This document shows, one piece after another, positions 9,652 to 21,400 of a stretch of DNA of 64,000 bases. A program made the translations under genes and the position numbers. Source of the DNA: Azolla caroliniana. Its lineage: Eukaryota > Plantae > Polypodiophyta. The notes beneath the pieces were generated by a model. That model ran no database searches and had not been told where the DNA came from. It saw only the letters and a program-made list of their open reading frames with translations. Position 1 is the stretch's first letter. Each line of letters starts with the position of its first letter. The DNA is taken from contig JBHGNT010000008.1 of NCBI GenBank assembly GCA_043228905.1, forward strand, positions 7,378,001 to 7,442,000. Direction: 5' to 3'.

Positions 9652-12600
9652 TCAATAGTTCATTTCCTCCTCCTCATTGACCCCATGGCTTGTTGTTTGC
9701 TCGCCTTTGTCTTCGTCAAGTTCATCGAGGTTTGGCTCCTTGTCGTGTCGCTTTTTGAAGATTTTTACCCGCTTCCCGGCTATTGGTACTGCCAGCTTAG
9801 TCCCATCGAGTTCAGCGAGGTGGTAGGTAGCATTATCGTTTGCACTCGTTACCATGTACGGCCCGAACCACCGCTTTGCGAATTTCCGCATCGACCTATG
9901 TTGATTGTCGAGACTACTATCATATACAATCACCCAGTCTCCTTCTTCGATCTTCTGTGGGCGTAGTCGGTGTGTCTTGTCGAATCGGGCTTTGTTACTT
10001 AGCCTAGCCGCTTCTAACCTCTCCTTTGCTAACTCCAAGTCTTCGGGTCTTCTCTCAAGTTGCCTTATCCTTGTGGCTAGAAGCTCTTCTCGACTCATCT
10101 CGTTTTCCCACGGCATCGCTACCCATGAAGCGATCGTGTCTTCAATGGGCATCACCGGCTTTTGTACGTACATGAGTTCAGCTGGCATGAAACCTGTAAC
10201 TGATCTATGAGTTGTTTTGTCGGCCCACAAGGCATAAGGTAGTAACCGAGGCCAATTCCCGACTCGCCCATCACAAGCTCGTACAATGGCTTTTACGATA
10301 GGCCCGTGTCCGCGTTCTATCTTTCCATTAGCCTTCGGGTTATAAGCGGTCGTGAGAGAGAGCTTCACTCCAAGTCGGTCAAAGAGCTCTGTAGCTTCGT
10401 GAGCGTTCAGCTCTCCTCTATCGGCCACTATCTTTCCCACACATCCGTACCGGCAAATGATATCCTCGAGTAAGAATTTACACACCCCCGTCGTCGTTTT
10501 GTTTGCTAAGGCCCGCCCTTCTACTTGGTTTGTTAGGTCTTCTCTTGCTAGCACCAAATATTTTATTTGGCCCACTCCCATCGGCATCGAAACCAAATCC
10601 ACCATCCATTTGAAGTGTATGGTGAGTGGGTAGGTCGGGTGCAACTCGTCCCTATGGCGTATGTTGGAGTGTATCTGACAGCTTTCACACGTCCCCACGA
10701 AATGGGCGACATCCTTGTACATTCCTGGCCACCAATACTTCTCCTTTAACTTCTCGAATGTTGCCCACGTTCCTCTATGGCCCGCCCAAGGACTCTCGTG
10801 GAATTCAGACACCAATGTTGTCTGGTCCTCTTCCTTTATGACCCCTCGTTGTGGCGTCCCCGTCCTTCTCTTCGGGTGCCTCCAAAGGAATCCCCCTCGT
10901 AGGAAGTACTTGTACGCTTTCTTTCGAACTCTTTGTGCTTCTTGCTTCGACCATGAACTATCCATTGTCATTGAGCTTAAGAACTTGCCAATGTGTAGCC
11001 ACTCCCCTTCGTATTCACTTTCGTTGAAGGCGTGGAGTACTCGCACATCTTGATCATCTATAGACGCTTGGGCTGTCTTAAAGAAGTCAAGAGCGACATC
11101 CTCATCTTCAGACACCATGTCACTTTCGCCTTCGAACCTTGCCCTCGATAGCATATCTGCCATGACATTATTCTTCCCTGAAATGTGGTGAATCTCCGGG
11201 TTCATTGATTTGATGTAAGCGATCCATCTTAGCATAGCTAGGTCAGGTGTTGCACACCCCGAAACCATCCCTAGGATTGGAAGGCAATCCGTCTCTATTA
11301 CCACCTCTGACCCGATTAGGTAATCTTTATCCACCTTCACTGTGGACACAATACCCCAAAGCTCACGTTTTACTTGGGCGTATCCTCGTTGTCGCTCGCT
11401 TAAGACCTTGGCTCCGAACCGGATGGCATAGCGTGTACCATCCTCTCCTTCTTGGTTGATGACCCATCCAATCCCTGTTGGACTCGTATCTACCGTCACG
11501 TAGATGGGCACCCCTTCCTTGTATACGGCTTTTCGTAAAGCTGGTGCCGCTACCAACATTCCTTTGAGCCTCTTCATTGCCTCTGTGTGCTCTTCCTCCC
11601 ACTTGAACTTCCGCCCCTTCTTAAGTAGCCCATACAAGGGCTCGGCTAGGTGAGCATAGTGCGGGATCCAGATGTGGTAGAATGCACAAGCACCAAGAAA
11701 TCGCCTCACCTCTGTTTGCGATTTACATTCTTCCCTCATGTCTGTGATGGCGTCCACCTTTGCCGGGGACGGCTTCCGTCCGTACGCCCCGCACAAGTGT
11801 CCCACCACAAGGATCTCTGGTTGGCCGAATGCCGATTTCTCACCCGAGAAGGTCAAGCGTGCATCTTCGAGTCTTTGTAGAACCTTCTCGCAATCGGAGA
11901 TGTGATATGCCACAAAACATCTGCACCCATACTCGTCCAAGGTTTCATCTTTCCCCGCTTCAGAGCACCCTTTTATGGGGATGTCATCGAGGAACGTCAT
12001 GGTGATGTCAGGGATGCAATCTCTCAGTACCTTGTTCATTGCATTTACCATGTGGGCTACAAAGTTAGTGCCTCCTTGTGGCAAGGTACACATTCGTACT
12101 AGGCCGATAGGAGTCCGCATCGTCGTGATGTCCCTGCTCTCCACAGCTAGTTGGAATTGATCATACCCCGAGTATAGATCACCGATCGAATAAATAGACC
12201 TTCCAGCGAAGGCCTCGGCGAATTCGTCAACGCTCGGTCCGACCCCGGCATTTCGAATTGTCACTTGATTAACAGGTTGTAGGTCTTGGATGAAGCGTAA
12301 TGTGCCGTTCTTCTTTGGCACAGTGAACCACCGATTCGAGTATGGGGAGCTTGATGGCTCAAGGATACCCATCTCGATATTTTCCTTGAGTAGCTCAATC
12401 AACTTCGAGATGTGAGCTCTCGGAACGGGGATTGGCTTGATGTTCCACGGTACATGCGGCACCGTAAAGATCACCATTGGCTCCACGATCTTAGGGTTTA
12501 CACACCCTATCTCACCCGACGAGAAGGCGAAAGCCCTTCCGTGGCTTTCGATCATCCTTATAAATCTTTCCTCCTCCCTAGGCAATAGGAAGCCACCCCC

Positions 12601-12957
12601 ACCAATCCGGAGCTTCTATCGCGTCTCGTCGGTGAATCGATGCCCTATGCCTCGTGGGTCCCGCAAGCTAGGATCAGCCGCTACCCCCTTTATCCGATCC
12701 CAACTATCGTTAGGCAATGGGGCAGCCACAAGCTTCACCTTCTTGTCCACAGTCTTGTACTTTGTTTGCACCTTGACCGTCCTCGCTTCCTCAATCGACC
12801 GCCCAAGCTCTTCGATGGCGGTGTACATGTCAACTGAGTTGACTGGAATTACCTTGTCTTCATTGAGGCCCGAAACGACTACCCTCTCCATCTCTCTGAG
12901 AGTGTCGTCGAACGAGACCGCCTCCATGGCGCCGCTTATGGTGTCATCTTCCCCCAA
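9652..12957 (-). CDS. Pol of element D: reverse transcriptase, RNase H, integrase (one in-frame TAG at 12616)
   Basis: 977-aa ORF 9652-12585 with RT motifs (DLYSGYDQ, LPQG, FLDD), RNase H (VDTS...RELWG...TDC), integrase HHCC (H-GH...CESC), DDE core and a GPY-like C-terminus. ORF 12616-12957 is in the same frame. Confidence 0.92.
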
Positions 12958-13149
12958 TAAATTACATTGTTTGAGATACCTTTCGTATCTCTTGGCCCTA
13001 GACTTATCTCTATCACTTAAACTAGTAATTTTACAAGCTCCATTTTCGGAGAACCAAAAATGGTTTCCTATTACATTTAATAGTTTTACAAGGGTTTAGG
13101 GTCTTAGTTTGCCTCGGGCTATTGCGGCCCCACTCTTTAATAGCCCGAA

Positions 13150-15322
13150 TCAAAAATCCTCTCGGCTATCCCCTTTGAGGGAGGCTCGATTGCGCTCATG
13201 GTTGGGCCTCACTGTAAGGAATTGGACCGAATGCTTCCCATCTTGGCTCTTGACCCTCGCATATGCCGACCCGTTGTCTAGCACCTTCGTCTCCATACGA
13301 GCCGCCGTGATGTATGGTTCACCCAAGATGACCGGGTGCGAGGACATCTCTTGAACAAAGAAATTTTGATCTATTTCTACGTCCCCCACCTTCACACGTA
13401 CATTCGGGCAAGCCCCGTATAGCTCCTCGGTTGCTCGGGTCGCCGCTCTAATCTTCCACCCGTGCTTCATGTTGATCGGCCACTTTCCCTTTTTATAAAA
13501 GTCCATGGACATAAGGTTGATCTCAGAGCCATGGTCGATCAAGGCTACCACCGGCTCTTTTACATCTCCGACCCATACCGGTGTCTCCGTTGTCGCTCTC
13601 GCCCAATGCGGCCTCATGTAGTGACTGTCCGCATAGTCTTCATCTTCCTCGGGGACCTCAGTTGACAATGCATTTACAATCGCGGGTTTTGCCACTTCTT
13701 GCTCCGTTGAGAGCCGCTTCCTCTTCATTAGGTCGATGATGACCTCGTGGAATTCTTTCTTGGAAATTCCGAGGACCTCTCACAAAGGAAACTCTACGCG
13801 ACTATCGAGGATCCTCTCCTCCACTACCTTCTTCAAGTCCGTTTCTTGTTCGATCTCCGAGCAAAGCTTGAAGTTGGGGGGGTTCCCCTTCTCTTTCTAT
13901 CTTTCGTCGCGTGCTTGAGACTGGTTCGGCTCTTCCCTTCTTCGTGCACCTCGAGCGTCGTATTTCCTTGATGGACCGGCTCCCTCGTCATTTCCTACCT
14001 TCTTCTCTTCTACCATTACTTCGTAGTTTTGGCAAGCGGCTTCCACTAAGCCTGTCTTTTCTTCCACCGGATCCTTCCACCCGGTTGCTTCTTGGACCCT
14101 TCTTTCCGCCTCGTCTGCTTCTTCTCTTTTGAACTTCCCCTTAGAAAGGCTTCCAAGGATTGATGGCCAAAAGTCAAACTCTTTCTCCTCTTGCCTCCTC
14201 CCCTCTTTCCCCACTCGGATCCCAGCCGACGCCGAGTAGTGGACGGATTCAACATGTCGTGCTTCAGCCTCCTCCATTAGCCTTCTCATGCCCCCTCGGC
14301 CTTGATTCAATCCCAAGGGCGCCTTGTCTCCATCGAATAGACCCTATTGTTCCAAAGATAGAAATTATCCTTTCTTAGGGCCTCTTGAAAGTCTCCACAC
14401 TCCCTTCGTAGGTGGTTGGGGTTGTCGCACCACATACATCTTTGCGCGAACGGGGGGCGTCAATCTTGAGGGCCGCCACTCTCTCTCCTAGCCTGCGCTA
14501 TTTGGAGATCTCGCACCATCTTTGTGAGCTCGTCTATTGCCGACCCTCCCGACGGTGCTTCAACCACGTTTCTCTCGGGGATGAACCTTGCATTTGCTTT
14601 CTTTCTTGAGGTATTCTACTAGCCCTGGGTTCATGTGTCTCACTAATGGAGCCTATGGATGTTTGGCCGATCAACGGAGACCCGTCATTCCATTCCCTTC
14701 TCTTATCGAAGCGGCTACAAACCCGTTTTACCATAGCCCAATCCGTCGTGAGCCCATCATCAGTTTCGAGGAGGGACCCCACCTTCTCTCGGTCTCGTGC
14801 ATCAACAGTCTTTATGAATAGTAGGACCTTGCTTGTGTCAAGCACCATCCTATCAAGCGTCGAGAGTCGCACGAAGCGCTTCTCAAATTCTTGTAAAAGT
14901 ACCATAGTATTTCTCCCCTTGCCGGGAAGCTCAACCCACTCCATTAGATCCCTTTTCGAAATTCTGAGTGAGTCATCAAGGCTGTACTTCTCGAGGAGTC
15001 TTTCTTCGAACTCCACCCAATTGCAACAGTTCGCTTGGATCTCGAGTACCTCCGCGTGGATACTCGGCGTTACCGCTCTAGCGAATCCGGTTAGCCGCCT
15101 ATCTTCGGGGACGTTTCGCATAAGCATTTCGGCCTTATAGGCATCCAAGTAGCTCGTTATATCTCTTCCATTGAACCGCCCCGTTGTGCTAACCATCGTC
15201 TCTATGGCCTGGTCTAGACCGGTGATGCCTTCTCGGGCATTTACCAAGCGGTCCACCGCCGCCACCATCGCTTCAGTGAGTTCTCCTCCTCGCATCTTGG
15301 TTCTCCCTTGCCGCCCTTTCAC
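13150..15322 (-). pseudogene. Gag plus aspartic protease of element D (frameshifted)
   Basis: Gag ORF 14534-15322; zinc knuckle CMWCDNPNHLRREC at ~14400-14450; ORF 13150-13728 has protease motifs LIDHGSEINLM and ILGEPY. Confidence 0.85.
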
Positions 15323-15335
15323 GTCGGGTTCACCA
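15319..15335 (-). promoter_or_regulatory. Primer-binding site complementary to tRNA-Trp (element D)
   Basis: Minus strand TGGTGAACCCGACGTGA is the complement of the eukaryotic tRNA-Trp end TCACGTCGGGTTCACCA; 5 nt from the LTR. Confidence 0.85.
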
Positions 15336-15340
15336 ATTTA

Positions 15341-17202
15341 TGTCGCGAAGTTTCGCGCGCGTGTGTTACTTGGGCGGGACCACGGGGGTCTCGGACTAGG
15401 GAGTACTCAAGGGATAGAGAAGACCCGAGGTTTGCTTTATGACAATACTACTTCCCCACCCCTTCCCGAGCAAGGTCTCGTTCCCCTTTTGTTTTGTGAG
15501 GCCGGTGGCTCTCGTTGATCACGATTCGTCGACCTTCCGAGGTCACCGTACGAGCCAAGTGACCAAACGAGTACAAGCAAGATGAGCACACAACATGAAC
15601 GCACAAGGGGACGATAACACAAACACGAATGTCTGTACGGCTTTATGAGGAGGAGAGGTGCATGGGCGCGCCTGAACGCTCCCTCGTGACAAGACGTCGA
15701 ACATACGAAGAAGACACAAAACACACGCACAAAATGCTCGTATGCCTTTATGAGGAGGAGAGGTGCATGGGCAAGCCCAAACGGTCCCCTCGTCACAAGA
15801 CGGTCGAACGTACAAGGAAGACACAAACACACACACAAATGCTCGTACGCCTTTATCAGGAGGAGAGGTGAATGGGCAAGCCCGAACGGTCCCCTCGTCA
15901 CAAGACGGTCGAACGTACGAGGAAGACACAAATACACGCACAAATGCTCGTACGCCTTTATGAGGAGGAGAGGTGCATGGGCAAGCCCGAACGGTCCCCT
16001 CGTCACAAGACGGTCGAACGTACGAGGAGGACACAAATACACGCACAAATGCTCGTACGCCTTTATGAGGAGGAGAGGTGCATGGGCAAGCCCGAACGGT
16101 CCCCTCATCACAAGACGGTCGAACGTACAAGGAAGACACAACCACACGCACAAAATGCTCGTACGCCTTTATGAGGAGGCGAGGTGCATGGGCAAGCCCG
16201 AACGGTCCCCTTGTCACAAGACGGCCGAACGTACAACGAAGACACAAACACACATACAAATGCTCGTACGCCTTTATGAGGAGGAGAGGTGCATGGGCAA
16301 GCCCGAACGGTCCCCTCGTCACAAGACGGCCGAACATACAAGAAAGACACGAATAAAGAAAGAAGGAGAGAAAGAAACACGAACAATATTGACCAAAGAG
16401 TTAAATACGTGTTCGATTCTAATGCAAGAGGACCCTTTATAAAATATGGTTTTGTTTACGATGGCAACTTATAGTTAATCACAAGCTCAATCAAAACATA
16501 AATATTAAATGCCCTTAGAGACAAGGCAAAACCGAACACGGCGAAGACGAACACACGAGCACCACCAAAATGCCAATCCCAACGAACCACGACCACTCGA
16601 ACGGCAAGCACACGGGCTCGCAACGACGAACAGGGCGGAGCAACGTCGAGCCAACGAAGCTTGGGCTCACGAGCACGTGGCGATGGGGGGATGAAGGGGT
16701 ATGAGATGAAGAAAAGTGGTGAATAAGGAGATGAAGAGCTTCGAAGGAAAATTGGCGATAGTCTCCTCCTCCCAAAACGTCCCTCCGAAATGAGCCCCCT
16801 TCGACCTCCTTTTATAGGAAAAAAAGAAGGGGGGGGTTGCCAAATTTGTCTTCAATGAAAAAGGAATAAAATTCCTTAAATCACGCTACATTGTAAGACT
16901 AGATTCGAACCGTGCACCTCTAACTAGTAGTCAATGTCACTATCCACTAACCCACTAACTCTTTTTTATATAATATATAATTCTATCTCTATAAATTTAT
17001 AGCCTGTCTCTCCTCTACCCTTTATCTCACCTCTCTCTTACTTTTTGCACGAGCTTCTATACCTCCCTTTTACCCTTTCTTTTCCTTTTTTATTTTGCAT
17101 ATGCACAATTAATCGCTTTTGTGTGCACACACATTGCACATTCACATTTTTGACCCCCTTTTCGCTGGTTTTTCCCACCCTCGAGCACGCCACATCATGA
17201 CA
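15341..17202 (-). repeat. 5' LTR of element D (seven ~105-bp tandem units)
   Basis: Near-identical to 7802-9591. Confidence 0.95.
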
Positions 17203-18048
17203 CCGTCGCTGGCGGTGCTCCGTAGGCTCCTCCTCTATTTCCTCTTCATGAGTCCCGGCATTGAGTTTTGCCGCCAAGTGGTCCGCTTCTCTATTCACCG
17301 GTCTGCGGAGTGTAACCTTTACGGGCCGTACCGGTGGTTCCTCCTGCGCATCCGTTGGCCACTTCTGGCTGGCGCTCTCCTTTCCCGCCTGTTCTGCATC
17401 CGCCGCCTTCCCCTTACTGGCCTTAGAGGCCAACAGTTGTTGTCTTTTGGAAGCAGTCTTTGGGGTGCCGTCCGCCACTCTTCCCCGCTTCTTGGGCTCG
17501 ACGTGCTCGACGAGTGGCACAAGCAAGGTGAGCCACTGCGTTACTGCATGCCATATCCTCCGTCCGTCTCGGTCTTCTTTGTTGTCTTTGCCTCTGACGA
17601 TCTTGATCGCCGCACACAAACTGTCTGGGATCAATACCGGCCAATCCACCTTGATCCCTTCATAGGTGGCGATGATCATCCCTGCCCGGTTCTGCGGCAT
17701 GACAGGGGGTCTAGGGTACACATGGTCGTATTCGTGGAGCACACGAGCAATCTCACGGAACAACATATCTCCGCCGCCCTGTGTCCGGTATCCCTTGCTG
17801 GCTAGGGAGTACTCACCAAAATACTTGATGAGTTGCTCCTAGGTCGAATTGTCAATCGTGAGTATGCCTCCCTCCGGAAGGCCTATTAACGCACAGATCG
17901 CCTCCGCCGTTATGACCTCTGTGTCGATTTCTTTGATCACCTTGTCGGCTTCTTTGTGTGGCGGTACCTCCATAATCGTCAAGAAGCCCTCGAGCCCGTG
18001 TTGCTTTAGCCATTTCTTGGCGGCTTCCGACAACGTTTGCGGGTCCAT
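17203..18048 (-). pseudogene. N-terminal part of element C extra ORF3 (resembles Athila ORF2/env-like 'plant transposon protein' domain)
   Basis: ORFs 17839-18048 and 17038-17766 are in one frame across a TAG. The motif RAGMIIATYEGIKVDWPVLI resembles Athila extra-ORF domains (recognised from memory, not searched). Confidence 0.6.
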
Positions 18049-18416
18049 GTCTGTGTCGAGGTCGAATTGTGGTGGCGAGGTTGGATGGTGATGAGAGTGA
18101 GATTGAGAGAGAGAGAGAGTTCAGAAAGCGGGGGTTCTCTGTGCGTAGGTTCTCGTCTGATGATCTTCCAGCGCCTTGGTGCTTCTGTGCTCCTGGGTTC
18201 GCGAAAGTAGAGGGTCTCCACGCGCAGTGGTTTTTCTCTGTGCATTCTGGCGCCTTTTTCGAGTGTGCACGTCGTGTACTAAAATAGCATTATGTCCTGT
18301 GGTGGCGCTTAAATGCCCACTACGTACCTTTTCGCTCCTTACTCTCTCGTCCATTCATACCTCGCTTTTGCATGATTACTTTGTTTTTTTTTTTTTTTTT
18401 TAATGTTAGTGTGAGG

Positions 18417-21400
18417 TTACTTGTTCGTTGGTCCTATCGGACCCTTACCGGCCTCATTCTCCCTAGTTACCGGCTCGTCGTCTCTGCCGTCTTGGTGGTT
18501 GTCGTTTCCCTCATAGGTTGTCGTTTCTGCACCGGTGTCGGTCCTTTGCTCAAATGGGTTTTTGGGCATCGGTCCTCTATATGGCTTCAATCAGAATCCG
18601 TTGACCCATTTGCCTAGCATTTTGCCGGCAAGTGTCCCTAACTGGTAGGACCCATTATACTCACGTGTCAGCCAATACGGGCCGGTCCATCTAAACCGTA
18701 GTTTACCCGGCATCTTGCCCATCTGGGTCTAAAATACTAACACCGGCTTGCCGATTGCGAACATTTTTTCATTTCCTTTTTTGTGCCGGTCGACAAGTGC
18801 AGGATGCTTGCCAGTCATTGTTCCTTGAGTTCACACAGCGTTGTTAACTTTATTGCCTCCGACTCCTCGTTCAGCCTTTCTCGTAGCTGGATCCGTAAGC
18901 TGGGTACTTGGAATTCCACCGGCATTACCGCCTCTAGTTTGAATGCTAACCAGAATGGTGTTGTTCGGATGCTCGTTTTATATGTTGTCCGGTATGCCCA
19001 AAGCGCGCTATGTAGCTTGGTATCCCAATCCGTTCGGTTTTCGTTGACGATCTTCCGGAGGATATTCTAGAGCGTTTTGTTCGTTGATTCAGCTAACCCG
19101 TTTGCTTGCGGATAGTATGGTGTGCTCCGTTTATGGACAACGGCATAGAATGTCGTTAGGCTTTCAATACTTGGCCGAGAAAGTGCCCCCCTTGGTCGCT
19201 TATTAATTCGATTGGGCATCTGTAACGGCACCAAATGTATTCGTATAGAAATTTTGTCGTTGACGCAGCGGTGTTGTCTCTTAAGGCTTTGGCCTCCACC
19301 CATTTCGTGCAGTAATCCGTCACGACGATGACGTACCGATTACCTGTTCTCATTGCCAGTGGTTTGAACGGTCCAACAAAGTCCTGCCCCCACTTCTAGA
19401 ATGGCTCGAGTGGTAGTACAGGCTGGTGTGGCATCCGAGCCTGCTCCGTTGGTTGGCCCATTCGCTGGCATAGGTCACATTCTTTTGCGTACCGTACAAC
19501 ATCTCTTAATGTAGTTGGCCACCATAGGCCACTTTGACATATTTTCCTGGCCGTCGCATCTTCGGCATAGTGACCTCCGACAACTCCGCAGTGGGCTTCC
19601 CTCAGTATGAGGTCCTTTTCATCGCTGCGCACAGCCCGTCTCCATATGCCGTCCGCGCCCTTGTGGTAAAGTGTGTCTCGCAGTAAGCAGAAATGTCAGC
19701 TTTGCACCGCCAGGCGTTTCCTTTCGTCCCGGTTCATCTCTTCTGGAGGCAGTCCTGTGCTCAAAAACTGGTGCATATTTGTGAGCCACTTGTCTTCTTG
19801 TGCCACCGTCTCATCTGTTGTCGTTTCCGTAGTGACTCGAAACAGCTCCGCATCCGGAAACTCGTACGCTACTCCGTCGCTCGTCTCTCCGGACTCTAAT
19901 CGGCTTAAATAATCCGCTACGGCATGCTGTATACCGAGTCGGTGGAATTTTTCGAACTCGAATTCCTATAACAGTAAGGTCCATCGGGCCAATTTACCGG
20001 TGAGTGACGCCTTGGACACTAGGTAGAGGAGTGCCGAATGATCTACATGGAAGGAAAACTTACTTCCCAATAAATAATGTTGAAACTTTGTCACACCATA
20101 GATCATCCCTAGAGCTTCCCGTTCCGTGGTAGAGTAGTTCCATTCCGCTTGGGATAGCTTTCGGCTGGCATAGTAAACTGGCCGGTACCACTTTGGCTCC
20201 GTAAGCTGCATCAGTACGCTTCCAATTGTGATGTCGGAGGCGTTCACGAACACATGAAATTCTTTACTCCAATCTGGAGGCTGCACTACCGGTGCTTGCG
20301 ACAATAGTACCTTGAGGGCCCTATACGCCCTATCCTCAGTGTCGGTCCACCGGAATGGTGTCCGATGTACGGCGGCATGCAACGGTGTAGCCAAGTCGGC
20401 CAAGTATCGGAGCATCCGGTTGTGCCACCGGATCTGGCCTAAGAACTGGCTCAATGCCTTTGCCGTTGCCGGCGCCGGTGCTTCTAATATGGCTTTCACT
20501 TTGTCTGGGTTGACTGCAATGCCTTCCTAGCTCACAATATGTCCTAGTAAGGTTCCACTGGACACGCCAAATACACACTTCGCCGGATTCAAGCTTAGCC
20601 GGTACACTCTACACTTTTCTAAACAAAGACGAAGGTGCTGAAAATGGTCCTCCCGGCTATAAACGGCGAAATCGTCAAGGAAAACCTGCATAAAAGCCTG
20701 GATATATTCACCAAAGATTTCCATGATGATTCGTTGAAATGTTGCCAGTGCGGTTTTGAGTCCGAACATCATCACCACGGCCACAAACACCCCCATTCGG
20801 TGACGAAAGCCGTTTTCTCTTGGTCGTCGGGGTGCATCCGGATCTGATTGTACCCGCTAAATCCGTCTAGAAAACTATAGACCTCATGGCCGGCGACGAC
20901 ATCCAACACTCCATCTGTGAACAGAAGTGGAAACGCATCCGTTACCGTAGCCGCATTGAGTTTCCGGTAGTCCACACAAACTCGAATTTTTCCGTTCTTC
21001 TTCGGTACGACTACGATCGAGCTCAACCATGTCGCTTTCTTTACCGGATGGATAAAGCCCACTCTTAGCAGTTTGTCGATTTCCTCCTTAACTTTGGCGG
21101 CATAATTGGGATTCATCCGGTACCGTCTTTGTGCCACTGGTTTTGCGTCCTTGCTCAAGTGAATCTGATGCTGGTATAACTGAGGGTCGAGCCCTCGCAT
21201 GTCTTCGTATGACCAGGCGAACACGTCGCGAAATTCCATGAGAAGTGTAACCATCGCCGTTTTGTCTTCGGACTCATCTCCTTGGCGATGTGCACCGGTT
21301 TTGCTTCGTCTGTGGTCCCTAGGTTCACCTCTTCAAGTTGCGACGCTTTTACGCGCTGTGAAACGGCCATTTCCCGTTCCAACGCTTCCTGCGCTTGCCG

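Larger units (their letters stand above)
7802..17202 (-). mobile_element. Element D: nested Ty3/gypsy LTR retrotransposon (fungal/Ylt1-like lineage) with ~1.8-kb LTRs
   Basis: LTRs at 7802-9591 and 15341-17202 (TGTC...GACA). 4-bp TSD CCGT at 7798-7801 and 17203-17206. tRNA-Trp PBS at 15319-15335. PPT at ~9592-9608. Gag, PR and pol ORFs present. Confidence 0.95.
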
